Assembly: GCA_965215565.1 (NCBI GenBank)
Contig: CBDCDZ010000004.1
Coordinates: forward strand, 320,001 to 384,000
Source: Trueperaceae bacterium
GTDB taxonomy: Bacteria > Deinococcota > Deinococci > Deinococcales > Trueperaceae
DNA: 64,000 bases
Reading direction: 5' to 3'
Made by a program: the position numbers and the translations under genes. The notes under the pieces were generated by a model, which worked only from the letters and a program-made list of their open reading frames with translations, did no database searches and had not been told where the DNA came from. Positions 19,901 through 28,976 of the stretch are shown one piece after another. Every line of letters begins with the position of its first letter. Position 1 is the stretch's first letter.

Positions 19901-20266
19901 GGCGACACCCGCTCGATCTACTACGGGAACGAAGACAGCGTCGCGCTCCAGTTCGTCACTTCTGAGCATCCTCTAAGCGCAGGGCTCTCCGGTCCGGTCC
20001 TCGTCCTGAACGAGCCTCACGAACTCGCTTGGGGAACGCCGAGCTTAGGCGCGACGGTGGTTGCGACGATTCCTGGCGACGAGACGAAAGCCACGATTTT
20101 CGCCTACGAAGCGGGTGCGCCGATGGTGGGCATCACCGCACCTGCGCGCCGCGTCGGTCTCTTTCACGGTGCGAGTGGCACATATAATGACGACGCTTGG
20201 GCACTCTTTAGCGCGGCGGTCGAATGGGCTGCCCAGACCTCGGTACCGGACGCAGCGTCCAACTAA
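16976..20266 (+). CDS. Large exported multidomain protein with three CBM4/9-like repeats
   Basis: N-terminal hydrophobic segment; three repeats of C-x5-G-x3-W[DN]V...Y.L[ST]F.A.AD.P...PW.E.F...LG....PYRVCFDN; acidic Pro/Ala linkers. Confidence 0.8.
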   Translation: MTSKQDRFVQKLRVARWTGRGALFAFVFVLVATGMWGAAQSAALETLDLNELDSSPARVEVSPDYLTIIEFEGMSVESALSGRSDQITTQIADNIISVRANQEEVNTDLFVRVGGRTALFRLVSNPSAQSPKRYVVSDEQPPERSLQGSRAPGGLSRPADTGLPPPPPGLTLRVSAYRPNPEAVVIQYALTNNTAYPIVNDPLRLRVYLEGVTREYERTASPTPGRAGRLAMGESEYGQIVVPGVPANAESLELEWMLVAIGPGTVYQATSDLLVALGEKTPGVASDAETSEAPVASSGGAPGGTPFADAAPATESVTEQPTGGAPSTAQRTDGPSGLTEAQVASETLVLSADAFDGGDDAWWVYTDSAAEAVRESGDSEACVLVTGGGSELWDVAFGRSGVALREAQQYLLSFDARADKPVTFRSAVGIDSAPWTETFAQVDTLGPEMQNFTYAFSARRDFENNRLAFYLGQNETAPYRVCFDNVVLAEVVGPSADAALSGDDADSAQARADEQPETQDLTDIETAPVDRATPPTDSIADSTDAPTDVPAQNQGPAQVLIDESFSEAAAPAWSVYAAPPGQGDIEGAVEDGAFCSVTTNAGSEHWNVGVLRESLSLTNGKTYTLSFSARADKPISLRPAVTLNDQPWAEIFGEDQQLSAEMQTYSYTFDAAGIEEDGWLVFFLGGNGDVPYRVCFDNIVLAEADVPVAETADAPAAAGFFLNETFEGEAAAWEEYTIQQAEMTYEVSDGEACTVTSDGGSAIWDVGLVREALPFEDDQAYTLTFDAYADRPMLIRSAITLDEVPWTEVFGQTQELSMETRSYGYSFDAVGLERGGRLIFFLGGSDDTPYRVCFDNVTITPTPGEGALAPTDSNPSAASESAQMNAAGDQRSAMLVTGAASSSENDALLARYLAQLGFNVQMEDAASVLDADIRGADVVVVSPSVSEGEIGTLFRDAAVPIVTSSADLFGLMGMTGDTRSIYYGNEDSVALQFVTSEHPLSAGLSGPVLVLNEPHELAWGTPSLGATVVATIPGDETKATIFAYEAGAPMVGITAPARRVGLFHGASGTYNDDAWALFSAAVEWAAQTSVPDAASN

Positions 20267-21036
20267 AAACGGCGCGTTACGGCGATCTGACCTTTCTCGA
20301 AATTAAAGAGCGCGCCGATAACGGTTGCGTCGCCATCGTTCCTACGGGCTGCACGGAGCAACAGGGACCCCACCTGAGCGTGGACTTTGACACGTGGTTT
20401 GCCGAAACGTTCATGAACGCGGTATCTGAGTACGCAAAAGAGCATTACGGTGTATGTTCTCTCGTGCTTCCTGCCCTACCCTACGGTCCCACACCGGAGC
20501 ATCGTCACTTCGGCTACGGCTACATCGACATACCTCAAACGCTTCACCAAGACCTGATAAGAGCAACGGTCAAGTCTTTGTCAGAACAGGGTTTTACGCG
20601 CATCATCTTGTGGCGCGGTTGCGGCGCTCATCAGCTTCAAGGTGTGGCTGACGAAATCAATGCTCACTCAGAAGACTTGGAGGTTTTTGTCCCCGACGCC
20701 CCCTATCATGAAAGCTGGTGCCGCATCGGTGATCCAAGCGTTCCCGGTGGACACGCCGACAGTTTCACGACCTCGCTCGCCCTCTATCTGCGCCCCGAAA
20801 GCGTTCGGGAAGATAAAATTGTCAACCCAAATAGCGCGGCGGTTGACTGGGATGACCCGCAGTTGGACTTCGCTCAATATTCGGCTACGGGTGTAATCGG
20901 CGACCCGACGCACGCCAGCACCGAGCTTGGAGAAAAGCTCTGGCGTGACATCGTTAAGAGCACGGCGCAGCTTCTAAAGAGGATTGCTCTGGGTGATGTT
21001 GCGCCTTTAAGCGTCACGTATGGTAGTCCGCGTTGA
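20224..21036 (+). CDS. Creatininase-family amidohydrolase
   Basis: PTGCTEQQGPHLSVDFD, GGHADSFTTS and GVIGDP motifs; start uncertain. Confidence 0.85.
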   Translation: MGCPDLGTGRSVQLKTARYGDLTFLEIKERADNGCVAIVPTGCTEQQGPHLSVDFDTWFAETFMNAVSEYAKEHYGVCSLVLPALPYGPTPEHRHFGYGYIDIPQTLHQDLIRATVKSLSEQGFTRIILWRGCGAHQLQGVADEINAHSEDLEVFVPDAPYHESWCRIGDPSVPGGHADSFTTSLALYLRPESVREDKIVNPNSAAVDWDDPQLDFAQYSATGVIGDPTHASTELGEKLWRDIVKSTAQLLKRIALGDVAPLSVTYGSPR

Positions 21037-22162
21037 TCCGCACGTAGTCTGCCGAGAGGTCACAACCCCACGCTGCCCCCGACGCTGTTCCAACACCCAG
21101 ATCAACCTCAATGAAGAGGCCGGGCGCGTCCATCTTACGGGAGACCTCTTTCGCGTCAAACGCCCTAGCCTCGCCGCAGTACACCTCTTGACCTTGCACG
21201 CGAACCGAGAGTTTAGCGAGGTCGAGCGCCACGCCTGACGCGCCCACTGAACTGAGGATACGTCCCCAGTTCGGATCGTTGCCGTGCGCCGCTGCTTTGA
21301 CCAAAGGGCTGAGCACGACCGCCCGCGCCGCGCGCCGCGCTTCGGCTTCACTGTCTGCACCGCTGACCTGGACGGTAAGGAGCTTCGTCGCGCCTTCGCC
21401 GTCTCTGGCGATCTGTTTGGCTAAGTCTTGACAGACGCTGAGGAGCGCACGCTTGACCTCTTCAGTATCGGCTGGGATTCGTTGGCTCGAGAGCACCACC
21501 GCCGTGTCATTGGGCGAGGTGTCCCCGTCCACCGTCACCTGATTGAAGCTCTGATTCACAACGCCGAGCCACATCTCGCGCAGGACCTCTCGTGGTACGT
21601 CCGCGTCCGTTAGAACGAACGCCAACATCGTCGCCATGTTCGGATGAATCATCCCGGAGCCTTTAGCGACGCCGACGACGCGCGCGCCCCCGGAGAGGTC
21701 CACCTCAGCCGTTTTAAGGACGAGGTCAGTGGTGAGAATCGCTGCGGCGATAGGGTCTACCTCTTCGGATAACTCGAGGTTCGGAAGTGCTGCCTCGATT
21801 TTATCGACGGGTAGAGCGTGACCGATGACGCCGGTGCTGAGCGTCAAGACCTCTTGAGCGGTAACGCCCAACCTCTTCGCCACCGCCGCTACAAAAGCCT
21901 CGTTCGCCGCCACGTCCCCTCGCGCCGCGCAGTTGGCGTTGCCGCTGTTGATGGCAACGGCGCGGACCTCGCTGCCCTCTTCGTACCGCTGACGATTCCG
22001 AATCACGAAAGGCGCTTTAAGCGTATTCGTCGTAGAAGCGAGCGCCCAACTCAGCCCGCCCTCTCCAAAGATGAGTGCCAAATCTGGCTTACCTGACGCT
22101 TTGATGCCCGCTGCAACGCCCGCCCCGCGAAACCCTTTCGGTAGCTTCACAGATACACTCAC
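21014..22162 (-). CDS. argJ: Ornithine acetyltransferase/N-acetylglutamate synthase
   Basis: KGSGMIHPNMATML, DGDTSPND, DGEGATK and DPNWGRI motifs. Confidence 0.96.
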   Translation of the reverse strand: MSVSVKLPKGFRGAGVAAGIKASGKPDLALIFGEGGLSWALASTTNTLKAPFVIRNRQRYEEGSEVRAVAINSGNANCAARGDVAANEAFVAAVAKRLGVTAQEVLTLSTGVIGHALPVDKIEAALPNLELSEEVDPIAAAILTTDLVLKTAEVDLSGGARVVGVAKGSGMIHPNMATMLAFVLTDADVPREVLREMWLGVVNQSFNQVTVDGDTSPNDTAVVLSSQRIPADTEEVKRALLSVCQDLAKQIARDGEGATKLLTVQVSGADSEAEARRAARAVVLSPLVKAAAHGNDPNWGRILSSVGASGVALDLAKLSVRVQGQEVYCGEARAFDAKEVSRKMDAPGLFIEVDLGVGTASGAAWGCDLSADYVRINADYHT

Positions 22163-23262
22163 GGCCACACCCCCTGCGTGAAAAGCCCGAGCGTCTCCTC
22201 GAAACCCATCATCAGGTTGAAGTTGTGTATGGCTTGTCCTGCCGCGCCCTTACCCAAGTTGTCGATGACCGCTATCGCCACGACTTGCCCGCTCCGCTTA
22301 TCGAAGCGCACGCTCATGACGCATCTGTCGCCTCCATAAACCGCTTTGGTCTGCGGCAAATCGGTCTGCACGCTGATGAGGGGTTCGTTTTGATAGAAGT
22401 CGTGGTAAAGCTCGAGTAAACTCTCATCACTAAGCGGTCTATCCGTCTCCTCGGGTCTCGTGTGGCAGGTCGCTAAAATCCCCCGCGTCATCGGCACGAG
22501 GTGCGGCGAAAGGGTCACGATAGGTTTGCCAAACGCCTCGTGCGTCTCCAAATGTCGCCCACCTTTTTGTCTCGCGCGCTGCGCTCGCCCCAACGTCGCC
22601 TCGATTTCTGCGATATGGCGGTGCGTTCCCGCCACCTTGTACGGCCGCATGTTCTCGTTGAGTTCGGAGTAGTGCAGCCCCAAACTAGGGCTGCGCCCCG
22701 CTCCCGACACGCCCGAGGCGTTGCTGATGACGGTGTCTCTTCCGAGAAGTCCGTGTGCGGCGAGCGGCGCGAGGGCGAGGATGGCGGCTGTCGCGTTACA
22801 CCCTGGATTGGCGATAAGCTCTGCGCCTTTTAGCTCGCCCCGGTGAAGCTCGACGAGACCGTACACCGCGCGTTCGTAAAGCTCGGGGTGGGGATGTTCG
22901 CCGTACCAATGCGCGTACTCGTCTGGCGGCAAGCGGAAGTCGGCGGAGAGGTCGATGACCTTACAGCCCGCGTCTAACGCCTTTTTGACGAGTGGTGCAG
23001 TTGCGCCGTGCGGAGTGGCGCAGAAGAGAACGTCGCAGGATTCGGTGACAGCGTCGTTGTCTTGAAAGGTCAAGTCTGAGAAGTGCCCGGTGAGTTGCGG
23101 CCAACATGCGCTGACGGGTTGGGCTAGGAACTGCCTCGAGGCGATCCCCGTCACCTCTACACAAGGATGAACCGCCAGCCGCCTAAGCAAGCCCGCCCCG
23201 CCGTAGCCGCTCGCGCCCAAAATACCGACTTTGACTTTGGAAGAGGTGTTGGAATCTGCCAC
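22159..23262 (-). CDS. argC: N-acetyl-gamma-glutamyl-phosphate reductase
   Basis: GASGYGG, IANPGC, SGVSGAG and DNLGKGAAGQA motifs. Confidence 0.96.
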   Translation of the reverse strand: MADSNTSSKVKVGILGASGYGGAGLLRRLAVHPCVEVTGIASRQFLAQPVSACWPQLTGHFSDLTFQDNDAVTESCDVLFCATPHGATAPLVKKALDAGCKVIDLSADFRLPPDEYAHWYGEHPHPELYERAVYGLVELHRGELKGAELIANPGCNATAAILALAPLAAHGLLGRDTVISNASGVSGAGRSPSLGLHYSELNENMRPYKVAGTHRHIAEIEATLGRAQRARQKGGRHLETHEAFGKPIVTLSPHLVPMTRGILATCHTRPEETDRPLSDESLLELYHDFYQNEPLISVQTDLPQTKAVYGGDRCVMSVRFDKRSGQVVAIAVIDNLGKGAAGQAIHNFNLMMGFEETLGLFTQGVWP

Positions 23263-23263
23263 G

Positions 23264-24214
23264 CTAATCCCTCAAAAGCTGAAAGAGAATCGCTTTATGT
23301 GCGTGTAGCCTGTTCTCCGCCTGGTCGAAGACGCGGCTGCGCTCGTGGTAAACGGCTTCTTCGGTGCACTCCTCGCCGTAGTGCGCGGGCAAGTCGTGCA
23401 TGAAAATACCTCTTTCGGAGAGGTCAGCAAACCACTCTGGCGTCACCGTGTAGCCCGCGAACGCCTCCCTGCGCCGCTCGGTCTCCTCCTCTTGCCCCAT
23501 AGAAATCCACACGTCGGTATAGAGAACATCGGCACCTCTCACTGCTTTACGCGGGTCTCTTTCGATGGTCACGTCCGCGCCGCTCTCTCTCGCCTGTTCC
23601 AGCACCCCTTCATCTGGGTCGAACCCTTCCGGGCAGACGATGGTTAGGGAGGTCCCTGCGTGCATCGCCGCATACAGGTGCGAGTTGGCGACGTTGTTGC
23701 CGTCGCCCACAAAGCAGACCTTGACGCCCTCCAACACACCAAATTCCTCTTTAAGCGTGAGGTAGTCCGCCGTGAGTTGACAGGGGTGCACCAAATCCGA
23801 GAGCCCATTGATGATCGGCACGTGTGCATAGCGGGCGAGTTCTACCAATGTGCCGTGCCCGTAGGTCCGCGCCATGATGCCCTCCACCCAGCGCTCCAAG
23901 TTGTGCGCCACATCTTTAATCGTTTCGCGCACGCCCCAGCCGATGTAGTTCTGGCTCAGCAAGACCGAGTGCCCGCCAAGTTGGTACATGGCGATGTCGA
24001 AGGTCGAGCGGGTGCGTAAGGACTGCTTCTCGAAGATCATCGCAATGGTTTTGCCCTGCAAGTAAAGAGGTCGTTCGCCGCGCTTGAAGTTGTTTTTCAT
24101 GATGTGGGCGCTCTGCAAAAGCCCTTCGAACTCCTCTTTAGAGAGATCGGCGAGGGAGAGGAGGTCGCGCCCTTTGAGGCTGTCAACGGCGGGTACGTCG
24201 GCGGTTGTGGTCAT
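23264..24214 (-). CDS. argF: Ornithine carbamoyltransferase
   Basis: FEKQSLRT, HPCQ, WISMG and HDLP motifs; in the arg operon. Confidence 0.93.
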   Translation of the reverse strand: MTTTADVPAVDSLKGRDLLSLADLSKEEFEGLLQSAHIMKNNFKRGERPLYLQGKTIAMIFEKQSLRTRSTFDIAMYQLGGHSVLLSQNYIGWGVRETIKDVAHNLERWVEGIMARTYGHGTLVELARYAHVPIINGLSDLVHPCQLTADYLTLKEEFGVLEGVKVCFVGDGNNVANSHLYAAMHAGTSLTIVCPEGFDPDEGVLEQARESGADVTIERDPRKAVRGADVLYTDVWISMGQEEETERRREAFAGYTVTPEWFADLSERGIFMHDLPAHYGEECTEEAVYHERSRVFDQAENRLHAHKAILFQLLRD

Positions 24215-24261
24215 TAAAGTTCCTTCCGGGTCCAAGTGTGTTGAAAACTCGAGTCCCAAGA

Positions 24262-24300
24262 AACCGATAGTATATGCAGCGAGGTGTATAAATCAAGCAA
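24262..24300. promoter_or_regulatory. Possible tandem ARG boxes upstream of argF
   Basis: TATGCA and TGTATA half-sites in an AT-rich stretch just upstream of the arg operon. Confidence 0.35.
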
Positions 24301-24311
24301 ATAAAGGAAAT

Positions 24312-24785
24312 TTAGTTATCGTTGGCGATGAGAACATTTAGTGTCTCCTGTGCCTGTATTCGCGCTTGCAGGTCTGCTCGACCTGGTTGTTCTTCAATTT
24401 GCTTTTTAGCGCTTTGTAGGTTGATGCCATTAGCATTGCGCTCCAGCTTTTGTCTAATTACAGGGCTATCGTACTTCGCTTCGCGGATAGTCCAAGCGGT
24501 ATCGTATCGCACCCAAGCCTCCGGGTCTGACAATTTGTCCGTTAGCGCTTCTTTAAGCCCTGGCACATCGAACATCTGAGAGTGACGACATGCGCTTATA
24601 GCAATACGCCTGACAATCATGTTCGGGTGTTCAAAAAGCTCGTTAATTAGTCGCGCAATAACTTTCTCCTGTTTGGGTAGCTCGGAAAACGCCACGGAAA
24701 GCTGAATCATATCAATTGGCATTATCGGAAAGCTACTACCAAGTTTTATCGATTTAGCGGCTAATCGGTCAAAGCGAGAAAGCAT
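24312..24785 (-). CDS. HEAT-repeat protein (lower GC than neighbours)
   Basis: LFEHPNMIVRRIA and LSDPEAWVRYDTAW HEAT-like units. Confidence 0.65.
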   Translation of the reverse strand: MLSRFDRLAAKSIKLGSSFPIMPIDMIQLSVAFSELPKQEKVIARLINELFEHPNMIVRRIAISACRHSQMFDVPGLKEALTDKLSDPEAWVRYDTAWTIREAKYDSPVIRQKLERNANGINLQSAKKQIEEQPGRADLQARIQAQETLNVLIANDN

Positions 24786-24807
24786 GTTCACAGTTGGCAG
24801 CTTCAAT

Positions 24808-25956
24808 CTAAACTCCTAACATCCCCAAATACCACCCCGCCAGCGCGTCCCCGTAAAACAGCGCAATCAGCCCACCAATCGCCAGGTACGGACCAAACGG
24901 AACCACCCGTCCGCCGCCAAACGCTTTAAGCGTAAGCCCGCCCGCCGCGCCAATAAAGAACGATAAGAGGAGCGCCACCAAGAGGTTCTGCCAACCCAGC
25001 ATCACGCCTAAAACCGCCGCGAGCTTCACGTCACCAAAACCCATCGCGACGGGCTCGTCATCCTCTTCGTTGAGTACACCTTCTTCGTTTGGCGCTTTAC
25101 CGAGTAGGTCCAAAATCCACCAATACACCGCCCCTAAAACCGCTACCGAGCCCGCCGCCGCTAACGAGCCACTAAGCGAACTGATGCCGAGGTAGACGCT
25201 ACCCGCGCCGAGCGCTAGCACCCATAAGCCGTAAAGAAGAGGTTCGGAGAGCCTGAGCGTGCGGCGTGTGACGAGGTTAGCGACGACGGACGCAGCCGCG
25301 AGCACTAGGCCGACGGTCCAGCCGCCCAGCGCGCCGCCTACAAACGCCACGTTCACCTGGTCCAAACCGATAGGGAAGAGCCGCTCTTTGGTGTCAGCAA
25401 AGCGGCGCAGCACGAGCGCGCCCAAGCGGTTGATCAGCACGATGATACCCGCGCCTAACGCGCCGCCAAAGAGTGCTGCTTGCAGGCTCGGTAAGCCGCC
25501 AGGCGTCGCGTAGAAAAAGCTGCCCAGAAGCCCTACGGCGATAGCGGGTAACGTCAAACTGTCGGGCAGGATGTACTCGTCGATGTCAATCGCCGACATC
25601 ATCACGAGCATGGCGTAAATCGCGGCGAGGATAAACGCGGTTAAGCCGTACTGCTCGATGGGGTAGCGCAGCGCAATCAGTACGAAACCGAGCGCGGTGA
25701 TCGCTTCAATTAAAGGATAGCGTAGCGCGATGCCCTCTTTGCAGCCCCGGCAGCGTCCGCGCAGGGCGAGCCAGGAGAAAATGGGAACGAGGTCCAAAAC
25801 GGTCAGTGGGCGCTCACAGTTCGGGCAGTGTGAGCCGGGGAAGGCGATGGACTCGCCGCGCGGCACGCGGTAGATCACGACGTTGGCGAATGAGCCGATT
25901 AAAGCGCCTAGTACGCCAAGCAGTGAGACAGTAACGAGGGTCAACATAAGGGGCAT
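24808..25956 (-). CDS. pilD: Prepilin peptidase/N-methyltransferase
   Basis: GSFANVVIYRVP, CPNC and CRGC, MGFGDVKL, PFGPYL. Confidence 0.93.
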   Translation of the reverse strand: MPLMLTLVTVSLLGVLGALIGSFANVVIYRVPRGESIAFPGSHCPNCERPLTVLDLVPIFSWLALRGRCRGCKEGIALRYPLIEAITALGFVLIALRYPIEQYGLTAFILAAIYAMLVMMSAIDIDEYILPDSLTLPAIAVGLLGSFFYATPGGLPSLQAALFGGALGAGIIVLINRLGALVLRRFADTKERLFPIGLDQVNVAFVGGALGGWTVGLVLAAASVVANLVTRRTLRLSEPLLYGLWVLALGAGSVYLGISSLSGSLAAAGSVAVLGAVYWWILDLLGKAPNEEGVLNEEDDEPVAMGFGDVKLAAVLGVMLGWQNLLVALLLSFFIGAAGGLTLKAFGGGRVVPFGPYLAIGGLIALFYGDALAGWYLGMLGV

Positions 25957-26202
25957 TATAGGTTTGGGGAGGGTATTTATGGCGTGTGATTTTGGGCATT
26001 TGCGGCTTACGAGGTGCAGCGGTCACTGATATTTCGTAGCGTCTGCGTCAGCTAATCAGCGTTTTAGGAATTAAAAGCTGACGTGCTGAAATGCTACTTT
26101 CTATCCCAGCCAAAAGAATCCAACCAACGTTAAGCATATCGTGAAGCCCGTAACGGTTTTTAAGAGGATGCATTCTCATCCTCCCCTCGGTATACTGCCC
26201 CC

Positions 26203-26697
26203 ATGAAGCGATTTTTACCCGTTACTCTACTCGTAAGCCTTCTCTCTCTCTTCGCGCTCGGCGCGGCGCAGGACGAACTCAACATCGCCTTTGTGGACGC
26301 GGGCGCGGTTTTAGCGGCGCATCCCGCCGGGGCGCAGGCGCAGCAGTTGGAGGAGCAAGCCAGAACCGAACTCGGCGAGATTCAAGCGAACGTCGCGCCG
26401 CTCCTAGAGCGTCTCAACGCGGGCGAAGAGCTGACCGCTGAGGAGCGCAGCACCTTAGACCTCTCGCAGCGCACCTATCAGGAGACCCAAGCGCGTTACC
26501 GCGAGGAGATTCAAGCGACAATTCAACCCGCAGAAGAGGCGGTGGACGCAATTATTCAAGAAATCGCTCAGACGAACGGCTACACGCTCGTGCTTAACCA
26601 AGGGGTCGCGGCAAGCTCGGCGCTCGTCGTCTACGCGGCGGAGGGCTTTCCCAACATCACCCAAGAGGTCATCGACCGCGTCAACGCGGGCGGCTAG
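26203..26697 (+). CDS. skp: OmpH/Skp-family periplasmic chaperone
   Basis: Signal peptide, IAFVD start, helical core, NGYTLVL...NITQEVI end. Confidence 0.8.
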   Translation: MKRFLPVTLLVSLLSLFALGAAQDELNIAFVDAGAVLAAHPAGAQAQQLEEQARTELGEIQANVAPLLERLNAGEELTAEERSTLDLSQRTYQETQARYREEIQATIQPAEEAVDAIIQEIAQTNGYTLVLNQGVAASSALVVYAAEGFPNITQEVIDRVNAGG

Positions 26698-26700
26698 AGA

Positions 26701-26836
26701 TAGCAGGTATCATCTGGTTTGAAACACTCTCACTTTTGACAACATTGTGCAGCACGCACATTCTGAGATGAGGTTCCGTTACAGCAAGCTGTGAAATCTG
26801 CGCTTATCCGTCTCAGCAAGGGGTTGAAGTCCCTTA
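26701..26836. mobile_element. MITE, TAGCAG family (one end degraded)
   Basis: TAGCAGGTATCATCTGG start; internal similarity to 30415-30594 and 31294-31505. Confidence 0.7.
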
Positions 26837-26854
26837 TACGAAGTCCAGGCGGCG

Positions 26855-27595
26855 CTAAGCGTCGCCCTCTTTTTTAGCTTGTAGTGTCTTCAAAAAGGTT
26901 CTGTCAGCGTTGGTGAGGTTCGCGTGCTCGAGCAAATCCGGTCTCCGCGCCAGCGTGCGTTCTAATGCCCGTTCGCGCCGCCACCTCTCGACGTTCGCGT
27001 GGTGTCCACTCGTCAAGATTTCGGGGATGCCCATACCTTCATATTCAGCCGGACGGGTGTATTCGGGGTAGTCCAAGAGCCCTGTCGAGAACGAATCCTG
27101 CTCATAACTTTGCGCGTCGCCCAACACGCCCGGCACGAGCCGCGCCGTCGCTTCAATCAGCGCTAGCGCCGCGATTTCGCCGCCCATGAGCACGTAATCG
27201 CCGATGCTGACCTCTTTGATGACGAAAGACTCCACCCTCGCGTCAAACCCCTCATAGCGTCCTGAAAGTAAACAAAGGTGCTCTTTCGCCGCCAAATCCT
27301 CTGCCATCTTTTGCGTGAAGGGTTCGCCAGCAGGGGAGAGCAGAATCACCTCATCGGGCAGCGATTCCCTTTTGACCGCTTCAATCGCCCGCGCCGCAAC
27401 GTCCACCCGAATGACCATCCCCGCGCCGCCGCCATAAGGTGTGTCGTCCACGTTTCGGTGCTTATTCTCGGCGTAGTCGCGCAAATCGCGCACGTCGAAG
27501 CTGAGGTGTCCGTTTTTCACGGCGCGTCCTAAGAGGGCTTCTTCGGTCCAAGGACGCAAGAGGTTGGGGAAGAGGGTGAGGAGGGTGTATTTCAT
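26855..27595 (-). CDS. trmD: tRNA (guanine37-N1)-methyltransferase
   Basis: [19 protein letters not shown] and [11 protein letters not shown] motifs. Confidence 0.97.
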   Translation of the reverse strand: MKYTLLTLFPNLLRPWTEEALLGRAVKNGHLSFDVRDLRDYAENKHRNVDDTPYGGGAGMVIRVDVAARAIEAVKRESLPDEVILLSPAGEPFTQKMAEDLAAKEHLCLLSGRYEGFDARVESFVIKEVSIGDYVLMGGEIAALALIEATARLVPGVLGDAQSYEQDSFSTGLLDYPEYTRPAEYEGMGIPEILTSGHHANVERWRRERALERTLARRPDLLEHANLTNADRTFLKTLQAKKEGDA

Positions 27596-28105
27596 TTAGC
27601 TAGGTTCGAGCAACCCCTCCGGCGCATTTTCGATCACGATACCCTCGTCGCTAATTTCCACATAATCGGCTTGGAGCGGCACCAGATATTCTTCACCTTC
27701 GTGGAGAATTGCCAAGAGGTCTTGGAAGCCTGCGGAGATCACGTCGACGACTTCGCCGAAGGCTTCGCCGTCCACGTATACGGGAAGCTCGAGCAATAGT
27801 TCTAAATAGAACCCCTCTTCGGGCTCGGGTAGGTCTTCAGCCCTCGCGTAGACCTCTTCATTGACGAGGGGTTTGGCTTGTTCGATTTTGGTAATGCCCC
27901 CGAGATACACCACTGTTTGACCACCGACGCGCCGCACCTGCGTCAGTCTGCGCTCGCCCAAACTCGTGACGAAAACGCGCTCCAGCTTGAAGATCGCCTC
28001 CGCCTCCGCCTGACCCAAACCGTAAAAACGGAGACCCCCGGCGAGTTGGAAGGTCTTTCCCAACGTGCCGAGGAGCAGGGCGTTTTCGGGCGGTTCTACT
28101 GCCAC
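27596..28105 (-). CDS. rimM: Ribosome maturation factor RimM
   Basis: Sequence pattern and rpsP-khpA-rimM-trmD synteny. Confidence 0.9.
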   Translation of the reverse strand: MAVEPPENALLLGTLGKTFQLAGGLRFYGLGQAEAEAIFKLERVFVTSLGERRLTQVRRVGGQTVVYLGGITKIEQAKPLVNEEVYARAEDLPEPEEGFYLELLLELPVYVDGEAFGEVVDVISAGFQDLLAILHEGEEYLVPLQADYVEISDEGIVIENAPEGLLEPS

Positions 28106-28112
28106 GTGCTAG

Positions 28113-28343
28113 TTAATCAATGAGGTGAACGTCGACGCGCTGCCGCCCGTCTGCAGCGGCGCGGGCGAGCGTGCGGATGCTGTTGATCAGGCGTCCGCCG
28201 CGCCCGATGATGCGCCCCGCGTCACCCTCCGCACAGTGAATCTCGATGTGGACGCCGCGCGCGTCGGCGCGCGACTCGACGCGGAGCTTGTCGGGCTCCT
28301 CCACGAGATTTTGTAAGGCGAAGGTAACAAGTTCTAGGGGCAT
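28113..28343 (-). CDS. khpA: KH-domain RNA-binding protein
   Basis: DAGRIIGRGGRLINSIRT motif; synteny. Confidence 0.9.
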   Translation of the reverse strand: MPLELVTFALQNLVEEPDKLRVESRADARGVHIEIHCAEGDAGRIIGRGGRLINSIRTLARAAADGRQRVDVHLID

Positions 28344-28351
28344 GGCTCGCT

Positions 28352-28654
28352 CTACGCGCTCGCTTGCGTTCTCGCTTCGTAGGCGCTCGAGCGCTTCGCT
28401 TGAACCTTGCCCACCGTGACGCCGGACTTCTCTAAGAGCCGAATGGCTGCGCCCGTGGGCTGCGCGCCCTGCGAGAGCCAGTGCTCCGCGCGTTCGACGT
28501 CGATTTTAAGAGGCGTTTCGCTCTTTTCGCGCGGGTCGTAGTAGCCGAGCGACTCGATGTAGTCGCCGCTACGCTTGGTGCGGGCGTCGGTGACGACGAC
28601 GCGGTAGTGGGGGTTCTTTTTTGCGCCAAGGCGCGTTAAACGGATTTTAACCAT
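28352..28654 (-). CDS. rpsP: 30S ribosomal protein S16
   Basis: [21 protein letters not shown]. Confidence 0.98.
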   Translation of the reverse strand: MVKIRLTRLGAKKNPHYRVVVTDARTKRSGDYIESLGYYDPREKSETPLKIDVERAEHWLSQGAQPTGAAIRLLEKSGVTVGKVQAKRSSAYEARTQASA

Positions 28655-28689
28655 GCTGTTTCCTCTTTCCTGAATGTTAGAGATACTCA

Positions 28690-28963
28690 GTTCTGCCGGA
28701 CGGTTCTCTTAATGTTTACTGATCTTGCACCACGCAGATTTCACGGTCTCATTGTAACGGAACCTCATCTTTTGATGTGCGTCCGAGGCGATACCTTCTA
28801 GGCTAGGTGTGTTGCTTCGCCTAGCGGGAGCGGGACCACGCAACTTAACTTCGTTCACTATGACCAGATGACATCCCGCTCTCAGGCAAAGCCGGTCCGC
28901 TAGGCTCTGCCTGAGAGCGGGATGGCTTACGGCTGAGCGCGAAGCCTACGAAGTAACCTGCTA
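28690..28963. mobile_element. MITE, TAGCAG family, expanded by nested modules (left end approximate)
   Basis: Ends ...ACCTGCTA; contains the TGCTTCGC module, a CTAGCGGGAGCG module and the CATCCCGCTCTCAGGC hairpin (28872-28924). Confidence 0.7.
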
Positions 28964-28976
28964 TCAGTGTACACTA

